A stretch of 63,896 nucleotides of DNA, the filler included, from Collodictyon triciliatum (lineage: Eukaryota): the NCBI GenBank assembly GCA_043381765.1. It is 17 parts of 17 records of this genome, joined end to end, with 100 filler letters (N's around TTAATTAATTAA, not from the genome) between each part and the next. Parts side by side here need not be neighbours in the genome. Positions count along the whole stretch, not along the records: positions 51,376 to 55,102 come from JBHJMP010006956.1; positions 55,203 to 58,928 come from JBHJMP010006957.1; positions 59,029 to 62,752 come from JBHJMP010006958.1; positions 62,853 to 63,896 come from JBHJMP010007045.1; 13 more parts are not named here. One strand, given 5' to 3'. Shown here in pieces: positions 52,785-63,896 of the stretch (position 1 is the first letter of the stretch; each line of letters opens with the position of its first letter). Below the pieces are notes generated by a model. It was given only the letters and a program-made list of their open reading frames with translations. It had not been told where the DNA came from and did not search any database. The translations under genes were made by a program, and so were the position numbers.

Positions 52785-54531
52785 TCATTCACTTTTGCCA
52801 AACATTTGGATGCGGTGATTTCTGTAGTCGCAAACATAGAGTTATCAATTCAGTCCAAAGCAGACTCCCATCTGACGATAAAACTGTCCATCATTTGATG
52901 AAGACTGCGACGATGTGCCGAAAGTGTGAAAAACGACATCGTCTTTTGTCGAGTCATAAACGCGTATGTGATGATTATTCCATTCACTCACCACAATTGT
53001 GTTGTTTGAACCTTCTGCAATCGAAACATGACCCGGCACATAATTGATTCTGACAGTGCGCAGAAATCTCCCTATCACATAATAAATTTTGATTTTGTCT
53101 CCGCCGCGTCCAATCACACACTTCGCTCTTTGCAGTCACGCAAATGCCCTCCGAGGATGCGATTCCTTCATCACCAGAGGATGCTCTCGCAAACGAGCGT
53201 TCGTGCTCAAACACACGGTTGAACTTGTCCACTTGATTCTTGCTAAGGTTTGTGACATTAAGATTGCCTTCGCTGTCAAAGCATGGATTAAACGGACTGG
53301 AGAAACCGCCAAAGTCACTGGAATCTGTGCTTTGTGCGCTTCTTTTGCGACCCGATTGGATTGTCTCAATCATCTTGAAGTTATCACCAAAGATTTGCAC
53401 ACGATTATTTGAGCTGTCACAAACAGCGATGCATCCATCATGCGAAATGGCGATTCCGATTGGGTTGCTGAATTGACTTGGGCCTGAGTCATCCGTGCCA
53501 ACCGTGCAGGAAAAGCTCAAACAATCATTCAGCACTTGAACTTGATGGTTACTACGAACAACAACGAATATCTGCTTTGTCTTTGGATGAGCTGCGACTC
53601 CCCATGGATAAGAAAACTGTTGGGCTCCACTTCCATTTGACCGACCTTCTTCTGAAACACATAGTCTTTGATGTTGTATTTCCACGGCTTCTGATACAAG
53701 TCTTTGTTCGTTTTCTTCTTCATCTCTTGTTTTTCTTTCATCTTCCCTTGCTCCATATTTGCAATATGTTCCTTCATTACGCGATACTTCTGTACCTCAC
53801 CCTCCAACTCTTTCATGTGCTTGTCTGTCTCGTTCATGCGTCTCTGCCACTCGGCATTTTCTCTTCGCAGCTCTTCCAAGACCGACTCACACTTTGCGTG
53901 GATTTCCTCCAGCACATGCGCCCCGCCCTCTCCTATCACAACGTTGCCGCTAATCTCTATGCTTGCTCGCAGCTTTCCACGTCCACATTGCCGACTTCTT
54001 CTATGTCTATCTGCAAAGCTGTGCGAGCAAACATGGCGCTTTTGAAAAGCTAGGTCACGAGTCTGTAGCGCTCGTATATCTCCTTGAATATCCTGAGCGT
54101 GCTTATGGAGTGCCTTAGAATTTTCTCTGATACCGCCATTCGATGCTATGTGTACTTGATTTTGCTGCTCGCTGGCTGCAAGGCTACGATAGCCTGAATT
54201 CATTATCATCATCATTTTCCATGTTTAGTGAATTATGGATACAATCACAAAAAAAAAAAAAACCAATTTAGATTGTCAATATCGGACAACAATGATGACA
54301 AGAGGAATGATTACAGTTTCTTTCAGCTTCTCCTTCAACTGTGCTGCTTTCTGCACAGTATCATCGTACAATTTGTCGATCTTTGCATTTTGGTCTCGCT
54401 CCTCAGCATCAATCTAAGGAATTGAATATTCGAGGAAATAAACAGAAAAGAAGAAACATATATATAGCTTGAGCACTTCATGAGAAAACCTTTTTCATTT
54501 CGCTCTCGACTTTTGACTTGATTTCAGCCAT
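52785..54531 (-). pseudogene. Coiled-coil + NHL-repeat (TRIM-NHL-like) pseudogene
   Basis: NHL motifs FSYPWGVA, FSNPIGIA...VCDSSNNRVQIF, LYVCDYRNHRIQMF are broken by frameshifts at about 53641 and 53118 and by in-frame TGA TAA at 52847-52842. Confidence 0.8.
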
Positions 54532-55396
54532 AGCGTTGTTTTTCTTTCCATCTCCCCAATCAAGTCGTCCTCCTTCATAGCATCATAATCAATATTCTCT
54601 ACTTTGATATATTCGTGCGTTTTGGCGGTTTTTATATCTTGAAACCCACACTTATCACACATTTCAGCTATGGGTCAGCATTGCTTGCAGATGGAAACAA
54701 TGGGAAACTTTTGAATAATACATTCGCGCATATTTACGACATGTTTTGCTCTGGCTTCAAGCAGTGTGCTATTCGAAAAAAAAATGTTTTATTTCCAGAA
54801 TGTGATTACTCCACAGCAAAACTTTGTAATTGTGAGTTATAATTTTCAAAAACAAAAAAGAAGGAAAAACAAGTTAAAAGGAAAAGATAAGAAAAAAAAA
54901 GAAAAAAAAAGAAAAAGAAAAAGAAAAAGAAAAAGAAAAGAAAAAAGAAAGAGAAAAGAAAAAGAAGAGAGAAAAAAAAAGAGAAAAAAAAGATAAAAAA
55001 AGAAAAAAAAAGAAAAAAAAAGAGAAAAAAAAGAGAAAAAAAAGAGAAAAAAAAGAGAAAAAAAAGAGAAAAAAAAGAGAAAAAAAAGAGAAAAAAAGAG
55101 AANNNNNNNNNNNNNNNNNNNNNNNNNNNNNNNNNNNNNNNNNNNNTTAATTAATTAANNNNNNNNNNNNNNNNNNNNNNNNNNNNNNNNNNNNNNNNNN
55201 NNTATGCTTATTACTTGGGGATTGAAAAAAAAAAAGAGTATACTTATCAGAATATTTATCCTGCGGAATACACTACGAAATTTAAACCATGATGTATGTA
55301 TAAGGTTTTCCACTCATTCTGAATATAAACATGCATTCTTGCCGCGCATTTGAAAAATACCATCGACTAAAATCATGGCCAAATCTAACCAAAGGA

Positions 55397-56032
55397 TCAA
55401 TGTTTTTAGGAGAGTCTTCGTCCCCATCGCCCGTTCCGTCATATTTAGAGTTTGGCTAGGTCGAGGGATTTGTGAAGGAAACACACGAGAAGTATTGCTT
55501 TTTAATGTGGACAAGGGATTGCATTACAACACAAATAAAGATTTTGTAAGATCCAAAGAACAAGAAACAAAGCGACATTCTTCCCATAAGCCTTTCTGCC
55601 TATAAGCAAATAATGGTTTACACACAAAGAGATGAATAATAAGCAAGCGCAGATGGACCTTTGCTTTGAAAGACTCGTGTTTTGGTGGTGTGTATTCTGA
55701 GTGGAGGACGCTGAGTGGTCGAACACTTCCGCCGTACCCGCCGCGTAGTTTCAGTGGGACATAATGCTCTTTGTGTGAGAGCGACTCGGCTGACGTTTGC
55801 ATCGCCCTTCGGCTGCTAAAAAAGAAGAGGAAGAAAAAAAAAAAAAACAAGCCTTCGTCTTTTTCTTGAATGGGAAAGGGACGGCCGGGAGTATTTCGCT
55901 GACTGGCAGCGTTAGTTTCCTTTGTTCCGTTCTTGATACTTTTGTGCTTTCTGCTTCGCATTTTGTGTTTGCCTTCCTTATGCTTTTCTTTGCAACTGGC
56001 AGCTGTTGACGTCTTTGTTGATAGAACGACAT
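55397..56032 (-). CDS. Possible 5' exons of a hypothetical gene
   Basis: MSFYQQRRQQLPVAKK... plus exon-like segments. Splicing was not resolved. Confidence 0.25.
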
Positions 56033-56706
56033 TTCTGGATATATTTATTATGGAATTTATAGTTAATTAATCTAATTTATCTATATATTATCTATATGAA
56101 AAAAATACAAAACAAGACAACTGAACATATTTTTTTAATTACAATTAAATGTAGTGAAGATTCTTCCAAGAGGGAAAATAGGGGTTTGACATCTTATTGC
56201 CCGAAACCAACGCAGGTGCCACCAAACTATATATATAATAGCTTTGTGACGCATCGCCCTTTTCTCCCAATGGAAACCGCATTCTTCAAACCCTCTTTCG
56301 TACATGAAGCCCACTCAGTTGATCTGAATCCACATCCTTTTTGGTCAATCGACCTGTTGGCACATTCACAAAACGCTGCAAAACGCCGTTTTACAGGCAT
56401 CCAGAGCGTTTTCTTGCTTGTGATCGAGTTTGATGGGTTGTGGTTGGTCTATATAAAATCCAAGTCGTACATAACCAACGCACAGGTTCGATCCCCTCCG
56501 CCACGTCCCAGTCCAGATCCCAGGATGCAGAGTCATAGACTCACTTGTCACTGCGCAAGTCTGTCCGAGCAGTATAGAATACAGGCGCTTCACGAATAGA
56601 CGGTTTAAGGATACCCGCGAAACACAGCCGGGTGGCAGCGATGAGTCAGACGTCTCGCCATGTCGCCCCTTCAAACATACTAACCTGGCTCTTGACCAAT
56701 CTTCAG

Positions 56707-58822
<2,116 letters not shown>

Positions 58823-58834
58823 GTTCAGACACAC

Positions 58835-58925
<91 letters not shown>

Positions 58926-59028
58926 TACNNNNNNNNNNNNNNNNNNNNNNNNNNNNNNNNNNNNNNNNNNNNTTAATTAATTAANNNNNNNNNNNNNNNN
59001 NNNNNNNNNNNNNNNNNNNNNNNNNNNN

Positions 59029-59874
59029 CAAGTATACCTCACGCAAGATAACTTAGATCTTGCAGAGTTTCACTATAATAAAGTACTGACAATTCACAAA
59101 TCATCATACGTTTTCAACATGCTAGGAATGGTAATTTCTCTTGGAATTCTATTTGTTGCAAGTGTGTGTACATCGAGAGTTATTGTATCGCTCAAAGCTT
59201 CGACACGCATAGGTTGAACCATAACACAGACCTATTTGAAACAGCTTTTAAGTAGGATCCCCACACGCAAAAATGAGGCTTTAGTGATGCTGGACCAAGC
59301 CCTTCAGCTGCAGCCGAAGAATAGTCTGGCGCGATTCACCAAAGCGCACACACTATATTGCTTGAATAGATTCGCGGTAATCAGAACTGAGGCGGAAATT
59401 TTCTTATCCATTTGGTTCTTTTCTCTTTTTATTTTTCGTTTTTCTTTCATGGCATTTAAAATTGATTGTGCCCAGCCCCTACAGACCATTATTGATAGGA
59501 TGAGTCATCCCCTGCACCAATATCATATGTCGTCTAAATATCAAAAAATGTATATGTGAAAATATGGAAGGAATGTGGCCAAGAGCTCGAAGTCTTAACG
59601 TCCATATACCCTCGCGAGGCAAAAGCGCACTTCCTATTATCCCGTGCATACAAGAAGTTAGGAAAGGTACACCCAGTGTTTCATGGCCGCTGATGCTGGA
59701 TTTCCACCTGCTGTTCGGATTTAACCCCTTCTCTGTATCAATCAGCACTCGGAAAGTCTCATGAGTTATCATCTTGGATTCGACTTGGACCCATCGGGCC
59801 TTTCGCTTCAAGGTCTGTCGGACGGCGACGAGGATGAAGACCAGGATTTCCAGGACCAGGAAGAGGACGCATAA
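59029..59874 (+). CDS. CDC27: APC/C subunit CDC27/APC3-like TPR protein, 3' end
   Basis: AEFHYNKVLTI...MLGM | ...NEALVMLDQALQLQPKNSLARFTKA | ...PREAKAHFLLSRAYKKLGK | ...FDLDP...acidic tail*. Confidence 0.75.
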
Positions 59875-60362
59875 CCCTCCCAAAGACGATTTTACCTGAT
59901 TCATCCTTTCATTTGTCCTTCTTATGCTATTTTCTTCTTCCCTCCCTTTCTTCTTTTTATCTTTCTGAGCAAAGTTAAGCAATATCATTTCTATTTCAAT
60001 TTTGGAACCAACAGGCGAACAAGAAGAGAGGCCATTAATTATATGCACCACCAACCCATAAACCTCCGACATCATGCAATTCGCCAAGTACTGCAACCAA
60101 CTGGCAGATTCAACAGCGAAGACCTAGCCGCCTATGAATAATGCGACATTTTAAAGGAGCAATCATTTGGCCATCTGAATCGCTGTACTATCTTTCTTTT
60201 CAGTAAAAAAAAAAAAGTCACCATGTTTTGGCTAGGAATAAGCCTTTTGGTGAGTGTGTACCCTGCTGCAAAGTTATCATATACTAGAAAAAAACTGCCA
60301 TCTACAACCCTCGCAAAAAATAAATAATGTGCGCATAATTATGTTTTTTTTTATTTTTTTTT

Positions 60363-62655
<2,293 letters not shown>

Positions 62656-62852
62656 TGGAAATACTGAAAGGAAAATGATCAGAAATAATATATATAAAAC
62701 AAAAAAACAAAAAAACAAAAAAACAAAAAAACAAAAAAACAAAAAAACAAAANNNNNNNNNNNNNNNNNNNNNNNNNNNNNNNNNNNNNNNNNNNNTTAA
62801 TTAATTAANNNNNNNNNNNNNNNNNNNNNNNNNNNNNNNNNNNNNNNNNNNN

Positions 62853-62938
<86 letters not shown>

Positions 62939-63896
62939 GGGAATAAAAAAGATGGATCGAGCTTGAGCCATCGACCTACGGGTAGCGAAAGAACAGGAGA
63001 CACTGAAGAAAGGGCTGAAAGACATCAAGTACAAGCCATTCACCCACGTGTAGCAAGATAAGTATGATTATAGTACTCAGTATTAGTTGCTCTAATTCAT
63101 TCATCCGTTTCTTTTTTCTTTGTCTTTTTCTTTTTCTCTTTTTCTTTATTTTTCTTTATTTTTCTTTTCTTCTTTTCTTCTTTTTCTTTTCTTTTTCTTT
63201 TCTTTTTCTTTTTTCCGGTCTCATTCAGCCTGTGAATGGATAAACTTCATTGCAAAGGTTGTGACGAGCTTGGTTTTATCCCTTTCAAGGCACCCCACTT
63301 TTTATACAACGAAAGTGTACCCATATATAGCAGTTTATTGCACAGACAACCATTAAATTAAATCTGGATTGACAAAAGCAGGAGCTTTGATGAATCCAAG
63401 AAACAACCTGAATAATGTAATAGTATGATTAGTATATAAGAGAGTTAAAAATACGTAACAATCTCACTTTATTCTTTAAATTAATTAATATTTTATTTTC
63501 CGTTTATGTAATATTAATTAAAAATGACAAACAAGCTGTTGCCTTGGCCCAGACAGAACCCAGCCTACAAACCTGCCACCAAACATGCATTTTAAAAAAG
63601 CATACTATACACACTGGCGGCGGTAATCGTGTTGTTTGGGGCCGATATGTTGACTTCCAGTTGCAATGGCTGTACGGCTGTCCTTTCGAACTCGCCGAAT
63701 CGGCTCCCAGCGTTTTGTCTCAAATCACTTATAAAAAAAAAATTGTGCGTTTGTTTGCCTCAAAGCGCGCATTTTGAAAGTCTCGGCAGACGTTTAATTT
63801 TACATAATTGATTTTGTGCAGTTTTTTTTTTTTTTTTTTAGTTGGATTAAATTTTTATTAAAATTAAAAATTTTTTGTTTTTCTAAAGGGGAAAAA

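Overview
This is eukaryotic nuclear DNA from an intron-rich, microsatellite-rich protist-like genome (GT-AG introns mostly about 80-200 nt, AAG acceptors frequent); the lineage cannot be determined from this window. It is not one locus: 17 contigs of about 3.7 kb, ordered by decreasing length, are joined by artificial 100-nt N44-TTAATTAATTAA-N44 linkers, so adjacency across linkers means nothing. Recognisable genes (many truncated) are a WD40+Sel1 protein with near-identical repeats, a GC-rich intronless pacifastin/Cys-repeat surface protein, MLF, a SAPS/PP6R subunit, an LRR-PP2C phosphatase, RPC11, RNase Z(L), PRODH, a SET2/ASH1-type methyltransferase, ARL3, an NHL pseudogene, an animal-type alpha-amylase, CDC27 and a NudC-type NADH pyrophosphatase. 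The main finding is at 36.3-38.0 kb. What looks like a ~180-bp satellite reads as a series of homologous spliceosomal introns separated by 3-nt microexons (GGA, AGA, GTT, CTT, GAA, GAC), followed by 4-, 4- and 9-nt exons. Spliced together they give one open frame, EEFLKTKHKSQGFRLNFKPCEIVCVGNHL*. All gene models were decoded by eye; no searches were run.
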